Positions 18,639-27,507 of a DNA stretch of 64,000 nucleotides are shown here, one piece after another. The position numbers were made by a program, and so were the translations under genes. The notes below the pieces were generated by a model. The model searched no databases, had not been told where the DNA came from, and saw only the letters and a list, made by a program, of their open reading frames with translations. How positions within the stretch are numbered: the first letter of the stretch is position 1; each line of letters starts with the position of its first letter. Source of the stretch: an uncultured Bacteroidales bacterium (GTDB lineage: Bacteria > Bacteroidota > Bacteroidia > Bacteroidales > UBA7960); NCBI GenBank assembly GCA_964589855.1, contig CAZPVB010000002.1, positions 12,274-76,273 on the forward strand, given 5' to 3'.

Positions 18639-18707
18639 AGGTTGCAAAAAATGTCAGTATCGATACAAATGATGTAAAACAGGTTGCAAAACATCATGCA
18701 GGTTGCA
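18639..18707. promoter_or_regulatory. Three direct repeats of AGGTTGCA (minus strand TGCAACCT) directly upstream of the candidate promoter
   Basis: Copies at 18639-18646, 18681-18688 and 18700-18707, with spacings of 42 and 19 bp. The first two extend to AGGTTGCAAAA.AT. The 10-mer ATAGGTTGCA recurs at 22961-22970, upstream of the HTCS gene. Confidence 0.45.
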
Positions 18708-18714
18708 TGAAGCG

Positions 18715-21700
18715 TCAGAAAAGAGATTTTGAGGTTGCTTTTTTACTGAATTCTTTGGGGGTGTATCCGGTGAATTTTTTAAAGGTAGATATAAAATGAG
18801 AGTTGCTGTTGAAACCGGTTCTTAAGCTCACTTCATTAACATTGTACTCACCTTCCTTTAATAACTTTTTGGCCAGTTTAATTCTTTCGGCTCTTATGTA
18901 ATCGCTGGGTGTATTGTCTGTAATTGCTTTAAACTTACGAAACAACTGAGAACGGCTCATACCCAACAAATTACCCAGATCTTCAACAGAAAAGTTGTAA
19001 TCAGAGATATTTTCCTGTACAGCATTTTCTACCTTTTCGAAAAAAAACTTATCAGATTTGTTTATTGCCACTTCAGATGGCTGCACATCAAATTGATTGG
19101 CGAACCTTTTGCGCAACAGGTTCCGCTGCTTCAGGAGGTTTTGTATTTGTGCATCTAAAAAATGCAGATCAAACGGTTTTTCCACATATGCATCGGCACC
19201 GTTTTCCATTCCTTCTATTTTGTGCTCTACAGCAGTTTTGGCAGTAAGCAATATTACAGGTATATGGCTGGTAATAAAACTGGATTTAACCGCTTTACAC
19301 AATGATACCCCATCCATGCGTGGCATCATGATATCTGAAATGACCAGGTCGGGCATCGATTCATGGATCATTTCAACAGCTTCCAGTCCATCCCCCGCTT
19401 CCAAAATGTGATAAGCACTGAGGTGAGTTTTTAAAAATTTCCTCAATTCAATATTATCTTCAACCAATAATACCTTGTTCTGTTTCGGTTTTTTATTTTC
19501 ACTACCCTCTTCTGATTCGTGCTGATCAAAGTTTGACTTTATTTCCGGAGATTTCATGGTGGATAATACCGCGTCAAATTCACTCAAAGAATCATTGGGA
19601 AAAGCATTTTTAGTGATGGGGATATTTACGGTAAAAACAGTTTCTGTTCCGGGCTGGCTTTTCACACTTATTTCGCCACCATGCAATTTAATAAGGCTTT
19701 GCGAAAATGCCAGGCCGATGCCCGTACCGTTATATTCTCCAAAATCATGATTATCTGTATAGAAACGTTCAAATATTTTGTGTATCTTTTCTTGTTTAAT
19801 TCCCACACCGTGATCAATCACCTTAATGATAGCTCTGCTGTTGTCGTGCAATTCTAATACTACTTCGATGTTTGATTGCCTACGGGAAAATTTTAAAGCA
19901 TTTGAAAGGAGGTTAAAAACAACACTATCTATGACATTTGGGTCAAACCACTGCTGTTTACCCTGGTATTCAGAATTGTACTGATAATTTATGCAAATAG
20001 ATTTTTCTTTGGAATAATCCTCAAAACCATTGATAATTTCCTGAATAAACAATACAAGATCGCCCTGCCTGACTTTGAGATTATATTGCTGGTTCTCTAT
20101 CTTGGTAAAATCCATCAGTTGCCTTATCAGGCGAAGCAAACGCATTACATTCTTATGCATCCCTGAAAATAAGTCCTTTCTTTGGCTGTTGTCCTGATCG
20201 GTTTGTCTGATTAATATATCCAGAGGAGCAGCAATCAATGTAAGCGGTGTTCTGAATTCATGGGAAATATTGGTAAAGAACCGCAATTTCATCTGATTGA
20301 TCTGTTCTGATCTTTCATGCTCTCTTCGCTCCTGCTCAAGGAGTCTTTCCTGTTCGATACGCTTAACAATAAAATAATACATGCTCAATACCAGCGATCC
20401 AATGAAAACAATGTAAAGGGTGTATGCCCATTTTGTTTTCCAGGGCGGTGGAGCAATTGATAACTTTACAGATCTGCTTTCAGGACTAAACAATCCCTGA
20501 TCATCCATGACTTCTACCTGAAATTCATACTCACCAGGATTGATGTTGGTATAGGTGGCAACAGATTTTGAACCTGCTTCAATCCAATCTTCATCATACC
20601 CTGTAAGTTTGTAGCGGTAATTTTTTCTTTTGGTTGAGTTATAATTCAATCCCACAAATTCAAAGGTGAAATCAGCCTGATAATGCTTTAAATCAATATG
20701 ACTGGTGCGATTGATATGCTTCTGAAGGGGTGAGGACTTTTCTCCAATGGGCACGGACTTATTAGAGATTTTAAAATCGACAAAGTGAATTGGCAAATTT
20801 ACAGAGTGATCTATAATCTGTTCAGGATTAAAAATATTAAACCCATTACTACCACCAAACAGCAGTTTTCCATCATCAGTTTTCAATGAAACATAATTCT
20901 CAAATTGATTCCCCTGCAACCCGTCTTCCATATAATAATTCCGAAAAATTGCGGCAGCAGGATCAAACCGGGAAAGACCATTAGAGGTACTGATCCATAT
21001 CTGTCCCGCATCATCTATCTCAAGGGCACTGATCTTATTGCCGGACAAACCGTCTTCCTCTGTCCAGGTTTCTATAATCTGATCATTTACACGCAGATAA
21101 TTAAGTCCTTCATCGGTACCAATCCACATATTTCCCTGTTCATCAAACCGAAGCGCTGTAATGTTATTGCTGGATAATTTCCCGTTGGTATTCTCAACAT
21201 TAATCTCCTCTATTTCACCATCAGAAAACCTCAATAGTCCGTTGAATTTGCTGCACATCCAGAAATCATCACTGTGCTCATCCTGTACAAAACTTTTTAC
21301 AGACAGATTGCCTTCAACCGGCCTAAAACTAAGATCATCCTGGTTGAATCGAAATACCCGTCGAAGACTTGATACCCATATTTGTCCTGAATGATCCTTA
21401 AGAATGGAATAAATCCGATTATTTTCCGGATCAATTGTTCCATCCATGCTTATCTTGAGGTTGGTGAAAGTTTCTGTTCTTTTATCAAAAAGATCAATTC
21501 CTTCTCCATAAGTACCAATAATAAGTGTGTGTTCGTTTAGCTGGTTGATGGCAAAAACATAGTCGCTACTAATCGAAGGAACACCATCCTTACTTTTATA
21601 ATTCTTGAATGTACCTGTCTCTGGGTTAAATTGGCTCAATCCTCCCCCCTCTTTGGTTCCGACCCATATCAACCCTTCACTATCCTGAAAAAAACATTTG

Positions 21701-22800
21701 ATATCGTTGCTAAGCAATCCATCAGACCTGTAATTCACCTTATAATGATGAAAGGGATTGCGGTTATGATTGATATAGTTAACACCTTTGTTCCAGGTGC
21801 CCAGCCAAACGATGTTATTCGTGCTGAACACCCCCGATATGATACCTTTGCTGTTTAAACCATTCTGATCGTAAATATCCGGTTGAATTAAAGATAGTTC
21901 TTTATCTATGTAGTTATATATGTACAAACCCTGGTCGCGGGCCAGAAAATAAAGATTCTGTGCATTATCTTCAAGGATTGTATGGATACGATCAGAGTAC
22001 GACATAGATTCAAACCGATCGGTAAAGTTCAGCAGGATTTCAGTTTGCAAATCAGCCTCGAAAACCCCCATATGCTCTGTACTTATCCAATAATTACCCT
22101 TTGAATCCTTCCATACACTTTTTACATCCTTTAGCAGATCACTTTCGAACAGATGCGTAACTGTTTTGCTATCAGGATCCATCAAATCAACCCCCTCGTT
22201 GGTACTTATTATGATTCCATATTCACTGTCGAATAATAAATGATTTATACGATCTGAAATCATTGATGCTGAATCATCCGGAAGGTTTGTTATATGCTCT
22301 AATTGCCTACTTTCCTTATCATAACAAAATAAACCAACATAAGTCCCTATCCATAGACGGTTTTCATCATCAAAGGCAAGGGTAAAAACATTATTATCAA
22401 TAGAATTTGATTGATCATGAAATTTTCGGGTAAAACTGTAGGTGGATTTATCAAAATAACTGACTCCTCGCTGGGTGCCGATCCATAAATTGCCTGTGAC
22501 CGGTTCACTTACAACAGAGCGAATGACATTATGATGCAAACTGGTAGAATCATTTTTATCGTTTTTAAAAACAATTATTTCCTCTCCGTTATATAAGTTT
22601 AGTCCCTCGTCGGTACCAAACCAGATAAATCCTTCATCGTCCTCATAAATACAAGTGATATGATTGGAGGACAAACCCTCATTATTAGACAGGTGATCAA
22701 AGTAAAGAAATTGACTTTTGGGGATTGAAAAACCACTTGATATGAGCATTGCAAATAATATCCCCCAAAAAAACTTTCTGATATGTATAAAATTTAGCAT
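18715..22800 (-). CDS. Hybrid two-component system sensor kinase / response regulator with AraC-type HTH (HTCS)
   Basis: Periplasmic beta-propeller repeats (W.GT..GL..Y/F reiterated). TM segment WAYTLYIVFIGSLVLSMYYFIV. H-box FFTNISHEFRTPLT. ATPase boxes DHGVGI and GTGIGLAF. Receiver domain KVLLVEDN...VISDIMMPRMDG. C-terminal AraC HTH (...SHFISTFKKFTGYTPKEF). Confidence 0.95.
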   Translation of the reverse strand: MLNFIHIRKFFWGILFAMLISSGFSIPKSQFLYFDHLSNNEGLSSNHITCIYEDDEGFIWFGTDEGLNLYNGEEIIVFKNDKNDSTSLHHNVIRSVVSEPVTGNLWIGTQRGVSYFDKSTYSFTRKFHDQSNSIDNNVFTLAFDDENRLWIGTYVGLFCYDKESRQLEHITNLPDDSASMISDRINHLLFDSEYGIIISTNEGVDLMDPDSKTVTHLFESDLLKDVKSVWKDSKGNYWISTEHMGVFEADLQTEILLNFTDRFESMSYSDRIHTILEDNAQNLYFLARDQGLYIYNYIDKELSLIQPDIYDQNGLNSKGIISGVFSTNNIVWLGTWNKGVNYINHNRNPFHHYKVNYRSDGLLSNDIKCFFQDSEGLIWVGTKEGGGLSQFNPETGTFKNYKSKDGVPSISSDYVFAINQLNEHTLIIGTYGEGIDLFDKRTETFTNLKISMDGTIDPENNRIYSILKDHSGQIWVSSLRRVFRFNQDDLSFRPVEGNLSVKSFVQDEHSDDFWMCSKFNGLLRFSDGEIEEINVENTNGKLSSNNITALRFDEQGNMWIGTDEGLNYLRVNDQIIETWTEEDGLSGNKISALEIDDAGQIWISTSNGLSRFDPAAAIFRNYYMEDGLQGNQFENYVSLKTDDGKLLFGGSNGFNIFNPEQIIDHSVNLPIHFVDFKISNKSVPIGEKSSPLQKHINRTSHIDLKHYQADFTFEFVGLNYNSTKRKNYRYKLTGYDEDWIEAGSKSVATYTNINPGEYEFQVEVMDDQGLFSPESRSVKLSIAPPPWKTKWAYTLYIVFIGSLVLSMYYFIVKRIEQERLLEQERREHERSEQINQMKLRFFTNISHEFRTPLTLIAAPLDILIRQTDQDNSQRKDLFSGMHKNVMRLLRLIRQLMDFTKIENQQYNLKVRQGDLVLFIQEIINGFEDYSKEKSICINYQYNSEYQGKQQWFDPNVIDSVVFNLLSNALKFSRRQSNIEVVLELHDNSRAIIKVIDHGVGIKQEKIHKIFERFYTDNHDFGEYNGTGIGLAFSQSLIKLHGGEISVKSQPGTETVFTVNIPITKNAFPNDSLSEFDAVLSTMKSPEIKSNFDQHESEEGSENKKPKQNKVLLVEDNIELRKFLKTHLSAYHILEAGDGLEAVEMIHESMPDLVISDIMMPRMDGVSLCKAVKSSFITSHIPVILLTAKTAVEHKIEGMENGADAYVEKPFDLHFLDAQIQNLLKQRNLLRKRFANQFDVQPSEVAINKSDKFFFEKVENAVQENISDYNFSVEDLGNLLGMSRSQLFRKFKAITDNTPSDYIRAERIKLAKKLLKEGEYNVNEVSLRTGFNSNSHFISTFKKFTGYTPKEFSKKATSKSLF

Positions 22801-23222
22801 TGGTAGGGTGAGTTGGTTTTGAGTAGTTCAATTAGTTGAGTCCTGAATTTTTAAACAATCTTTCGGCCAATATTCTATGGAAATTCGAATTCGTTTTCCA
22901 TGACCAAATATACATCATTAAAAACAAATTGACTTCTTTTTTCGTGTCAAAAAATAGGTCATAGGTTGCATTCCGGAGATCAAATACTGGGATATAAAAG
23001 GATTATTGATCCTGGATGTTTCTATTTCTATTTGTAATAGAAAAACCTTCGGAATCTTAAAGTCAGATAGTTCCTTTTCTAAATTAACATGTCGGACAGT
23101 TAATCTTCGGGATTATGGATTGCATTGTTTCGGGAACCATTAATTTTGACAACTACAGTGTGTTGAGTTTACCGAAACAATTGTTTTTAAGCACAAAAGA
23201 TGTATTTTATTTTTCCACATAT

Positions 23223-23255
23223 GAAAAAATTCCAAAATCATGGTTCAAATTGGAA
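23223..23255 (-). terminator. Weak hairpin plus T-run immediately after the NTPase stop codon
   Basis: ttccaa (23230-23235) pairs with ttggaa (23250-23255) around a 14-nt loop. On the minus strand it is followed by TTTTTT (plus-strand A-run at 23224-23229). Confidence 0.35.
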
Positions 23256-23259
23256 AAAC

Positions 23260-26200
23260 CTAAAGTTTCAAACCAAACATATGCCTGAACATAATACGTA
23301 CGGTGTTATCGTACCAGTCAATACTGCTTTTAGATTGCAGCGATGCTTTTACCGATTCGTAGGCAAAATCATCCACCACTTTCATGTTCAGCAATGCCCA
23401 CATCAAAAAATTCCCGAACTTATGTGTAAACAGATCTGATAGGGTTTCGCCACTAGGGTTGTAGTTGAGTATTTCTTCCCTGTATTGCTCAATGCCCGGA
23501 AATGGCAACCCGATGATCTCGCGCCGCAGGAAAGTGTTGACTTCGGCAGGAAAGTAGTTTTTGGCCGTGCTTAGTACATTTCCGATGAGTTGGGTAACAG
23601 ATTGCTTATAAACACCCTCTCGTGGCACTTCAACCTGATCGATGTTGTTTGTTAATTCAACAGAATCAAGTTTTAGCATGATATACTTTAACAGGTCAAG
23701 AGCAGTTCGTATATAGCCAAAGTCAGATATCAATTCTGAAATGTTTTCAATCAAATGAAAAAGCAGTTCTTTATCATGATCTGCAATAGCCTGATCGATC
23801 ATCTTGTAAAACACCGGTACGCATTTCTCATCCTTCTCATGAGGAACAGCATCGCCGCTATGTGAGCAATACACCACGCAGTACCAGTTCATTACGTTTC
23901 GTTTGTATAGTCCGGTGGTGTTTGCCTTGTGACTGTTTCTTCCTTTGAACAATCCCCGGTGCCTTATTGTCCAGTCCGCGCTCTCACGCTCGTAAATGCT
24001 CATCAACTCCTCATTGTATTCAGCGGCATTCACCTGAACCTGATAAAGGACATATAACATAGACATTTGTGCATAACCGAAAAACTCGGTCTGCCTCGAA
24101 TCGCCATTGAAAAATCGTTTTACAATGGGTGCGATATTACCCCAATGGCTTACCCCCATAATGATCAGTGTGCGTTCCAGAATAAAAAAGGAGAAACTAT
24201 CCGAAATCTGATAGGCGTCCAGAATTTTGTCGTGCATACCGGTAAAACTTTCGCTTACGGGTTCAGCCTGATCATTCTTACACCTGTAATAATGATAGAC
24301 GTATTCGATAATCTCTCCCATATCAGGTTTGCTCCATTGCTTGGCAACCGGGTTGGAAGGAATAACATTCCCGTCCCAATGGGTCTGATACTCAATGGCA
24401 TTGTTTACATAATCGGCCTGAAAAGTAATTTGTTTTCTGAGAAGTATTTTCAGCAAAGGCATGATGGCACGGATCAGAACAAAATTTGCTGTGATGTATT
24501 TCATCAGATTTTTGAGCTCTGTCATCAGTTCAGAGGCCTTTTTTTCTGACTCCTCCTTCTCTGCCATCAAGGTATCTATGATCAGCAAAACAATCAGCCG
24601 CGTTGCCGTTTCCAGAAACAGCATGCTGCGCTGGCGCACATTTTTCAGCAGTGCAGTCTTTACCAGCGAATTGCTTTTGATGGTGCCATACATCTCTTTT
24701 ACGATCCTTTCCGAAAGGTTTTCTTTCAGGGGTGAATATTCAAGCGTGTACTTTTTATTGGAAAGATAATAGGCATACATGCATGAATCGTTCACAATTT
24801 CGGTGATCGGGTCGGTCATCAATCGCCACAACAGGTTGAAAGGATTTTTCTTATATAAATTTTCATTGAAATAATCGGTAAGAAAAACGCCGTTTAAAGT
24901 ACTTACCAATGCCAGTTTTCGCATGCGCACAACAGGTAAAAGCACCTCACTGATCTGCTTATGGCGGGCAATGATCTTACTGTCTGCCTGGTTGGTTTCA
25001 ATCTTTTTGTTGATCTGGTTAAATTCGGATATGATGGATTCGCCTTTTTCGGGTTTTTCATCAAGCAATTTAGTGATGAGTTCAAACAATACTTTCTCGT
25101 AATTTTCACGGATAAGCACGTTAAATACCTCATTGATCAGCAATCCGGTTTCAGGATCATTTCCATAAACCCTTACCAGATCAATGATGGCAGAAAGAGA
25201 TTGTGTGCGTTGAAAATCCATCAGTATGGCATTACAGATAGAGCGCATAAAAACCACGTTAGCATTACCTCCCCTGAGCATTCCGGCAAACTTTGAAGCA
25301 GGTATGCCGAGGTTTTTATCTTCCAGCAGGGCAGTTTCACGTTCTGTAAACACCAGTGCCATGATATATTCCAGAAATCGCTCGTAAATGAACTGAATCT
25401 GATCTTCGCCTTTTTCGTTGGGATTTTCTGTTAACCGAAGTACGGGTCTTTCAGGTTTATTGAGCAATTCGGCGTAAGCAATGGTAATTCCATCCTTTTT
25501 GTAGATCAGCTTTGCCAGTTTGTGAAGGTCGGATTGCGGATCATCATAAGCAGCCCTTAACATTGGTGCAGATATCCGGTCGCTGGGTTCATTATTTTCG
25601 TACTTCTCAAGCATATAGGTAGCCAATCCTTTGATGATGGCGCATTGATACTTTCCGGCATAGGAGTTGGATATTTTTGTCATCATCTCATCAAACAGGG
25701 TTATGGATGTATAGGAAAGCATGGATCCCGGCATCTCCAATCCTAAATAATTGGTGCATGCAATCTTCAGCACCAGAGGGTCTTTTAAACGGATGGTGGA
25801 AGAACGCGGAAGAGCAGGATAATCTGTTTTCATCTGATACAAATGACCATATATCTTATACGCCTCTTTTAGTTCGCTATCAGTAAATCCCCTTACGGCA
25901 GCCTCATCCTCATTGTCTGCTCCAAAAATATGGTGCGACAGTCCGGAAACATAATTCTGGAAAAGTGTTTTCCAGGTATAGGTGCGACAGGTAAATAAAA
26001 TCTTAAACCTTGTGTATTCTTTTTTCAGAAAAAGATCACAAATGGCATCAAACAAGGCCACAGGACCTTCTTTTTCGCCTATTCCTTTATATGTCAAACA
26101 TTCGTTGATAGCATCGAAAAATATATATACATCCTGCCCTTTCTTTTCAGCTTCCTCGTGCAATACATCTATTTGTTTGCTTATTGCTTTTCTGCCCCTT

Positions 26201-27432
26201 ATTCCAAAAGCAGATTTGATTTTTTCCTGGAGCGTAACAGAAGAAAAATCTGATCCTCCCAGAAGCAAAATACCCTTATCGTTGATGAGCATTTGCTCTG
26301 TCCAGAAACACAACTGATTGGTTTTTCCCTGCCCGGCTTCACCCAAAAGGGGGAAGATGACTTTATCGCTATCCAGAAATTCCTGCAATAATGACGATAA
26401 ATGTTTGCGATCAACAAACAGTTCCTGGTTGTATTTTTTGTCTTTGTATGCTCTGCCCAGAAAATTCTGCGACTCCCTGTACATCAATGTCCGCCATTCA
26501 TCCCAGTTCAAACTTTTGGATATATCAAAAGCAGGATTGGTTTTTTGCAGTTTTTTATCGAAATGATCATTCCAGCAGTCATCAATAAAGGTCACTGCAT
26601 TTTCATCAGACGATATCCAGGAAACAGACTCCTCTTTCAGGGATTGAAATACATACACATACCCTCTCTCATTGCGAAAAACCAAAGGGAAAAGATCAAC
26701 GGGGCTGGCAGTGGTTCCTGCTTTGATGTAATAATGATGAGCCTTAAATGTCTGGTCTCCTTTTATGCCTTCTTTTCTTCCGCTTCCATTGTGTGAGATA
26801 AGTTTTTTTTCATCTCCCTCTCCGGAGCAACAAGAAAAAACCTCCCATTGCTGCATAGGGGCAACAGCCCTCAGCATTGCCATCAATAAGGGTTCGAGTG
26901 TGTAAACCACGTTTTTATAAATATTTTCGGAAAGTGTGGTGCTGTGCCCCTTGTATTCGTTTCGTATCCTCACCACGCTGGGTTCCTTTTTGTAGCCAAG
27001 CAGTTTATTTTGTTTTTTCACGATGAGATGCTCCCGGATGTTTTTTACCAGTTCATTTTCGGGGAGGGCCCGGGATGATATCTGGATGAGAGGGTTAAAA
27101 ATATCGTTTACCCAGTCGCCAAAAGACAAGGGGCGTTTATTGTCGATAAAATTCACAATTCGCAGCAATTCACTCTCGCCGGCAGGCAATTGTTTTTCTT
27201 TCTCCTGCAAGATTGCAAGCAAAACGCAGGAAACATACTGCACCGTGATCTCGAAAAAGTCCAGGGCATAGTTCATACCCCTTCCAAAGTTTTCATGATC
27301 GATCTGACGATACATTTGCTCCACCGGATAAGACATTGTAAATGGCAGATTCGATATGCTACTTTCAGTCAGCAAGCGGTTTTCCGCTAATTCTTCGCTG
27401 CTGTATTCTCTTAAAAACTGAAAATGATTCAT
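23260..27432 (-). CDS. Stand-alone NACHT/STAND-type P-loop NTPase with an unassigned N-terminal module (HEPN-like motif) and a roughly 900-aa helical C-terminal region
   Basis: Residue numbers follow the 1414-aa ORF-track translation. Walker A LLGEAGQGKT (nt 26320-26343). Walker B VYIFFDAINE (26101-26130). NACHT-type ILFTCR (25984-25995). A pre-P-loop FVDRKHLSSLLQEFL segment typical of STAND proteins. The ATG at 27432 is preferred over the GTG at 27504, which overlaps the predicted -33 box. Confidence 0.85.
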   Translation of the reverse strand: MNHFQFLREYSSEELAENRLLTESSISNLPFTMSYPVEQMYRQIDHENFGRGMNYALDFFEITVQYVSCVLLAILQEKEKQLPAGESELLRIVNFIDNKRPLSFGDWVNDIFNPLIQISSRALPENELVKNIREHLIVKKQNKLLGYKKEPSVVRIRNEYKGHSTTLSENIYKNVVYTLEPLLMAMLRAVAPMQQWEVFSCCSGEGDEKKLISHNGSGRKEGIKGDQTFKAHHYYIKAGTTASPVDLFPLVFRNERGYVYVFQSLKEESVSWISSDENAVTFIDDCWNDHFDKKLQKTNPAFDISKSLNWDEWRTLMYRESQNFLGRAYKDKKYNQELFVDRKHLSSLLQEFLDSDKVIFPLLGEAGQGKTNQLCFWTEQMLINDKGILLLGGSDFSSVTLQEKIKSAFGIRGRKAISKQIDVLHEEAEKKGQDVYIFFDAINECLTYKGIGEKEGPVALFDAICDLFLKKEYTRFKILFTCRTYTWKTLFQNYVSGLSHHIFGADNEDEAAVRGFTDSELKEAYKIYGHLYQMKTDYPALPRSSTIRLKDPLVLKIACTNYLGLEMPGSMLSYTSITLFDEMMTKISNSYAGKYQCAIIKGLATYMLEKYENNEPSDRISAPMLRAAYDDPQSDLHKLAKLIYKKDGITIAYAELLNKPERPVLRLTENPNEKGEDQIQFIYERFLEYIMALVFTERETALLEDKNLGIPASKFAGMLRGGNANVVFMRSICNAILMDFQRTQSLSAIIDLVRVYGNDPETGLLINEVFNVLIRENYEKVLFELITKLLDEKPEKGESIISEFNQINKKIETNQADSKIIARHKQISEVLLPVVRMRKLALVSTLNGVFLTDYFNENLYKKNPFNLLWRLMTDPITEIVNDSCMYAYYLSNKKYTLEYSPLKENLSERIVKEMYGTIKSNSLVKTALLKNVRQRSMLFLETATRLIVLLIIDTLMAEKEESEKKASELMTELKNLMKYITANFVLIRAIMPLLKILLRKQITFQADYVNNAIEYQTHWDGNVIPSNPVAKQWSKPDMGEIIEYVYHYYRCKNDQAEPVSESFTGMHDKILDAYQISDSFSFFILERTLIIMGVSHWGNIAPIVKRFFNGDSRQTEFFGYAQMSMLYVLYQVQVNAAEYNEELMSIYERESADWTIRHRGLFKGRNSHKANTTGLYKRNVMNWYCVVYCSHSGDAVPHEKDEKCVPVFYKMIDQAIADHDKELLFHLIENISELISDFGYIRTALDLLKYIMLKLDSVELTNNIDQVEVPREGVYKQSVTQLIGNVLSTAKNYFPAEVNTFLRREIIGLPFPGIEQYREEILNYNPSGETLSDLFTHKFGNFLMWALLNMKVVDDFAYESVKASLQSKSSIDWYDNTVRIMFRHMFGLKL

Positions 27433-27473
27433 GTATAATAATGGTGAGTGAGTTTTTCCGTTGCATTTTTTTT

Positions 27474-27507
27474 CAAATTTATGAAAAATGTTAAAATACC
27501 CCACAAA
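27474..27507 (-). promoter_or_regulatory. Candidate promoter of the NTPase gene
   Basis: On the minus strand: TTTG (27507-27504), 22 nt spacer, then TAAATTTG (27481-27474). The spacer is 1 nt longer than the usual 19-21. This would give a 5' UTR of about 35 nt before the ATG at 27432. Confidence 0.35.

Noticed and set aside
22877-22901. Palindrome atggaaa-ttcgaattcgt-tttccat upstream of the HTCS gene
   Set aside because: It is a short 7-bp stem containing an EcoRI-like palindrome, with no T-run and no second copy. It could be a regulator site, but there is no supporting evidence.
27433-27504. GTG-initiated 24-aa N-terminal extension of the NTPase (ORF-track start)
   Set aside because: The GTG overlaps the predicted -33 box of the candidate promoter. 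The ATG at 27432 is the first ATG downstream of the -7 box. The call remains uncertain without transcript data.
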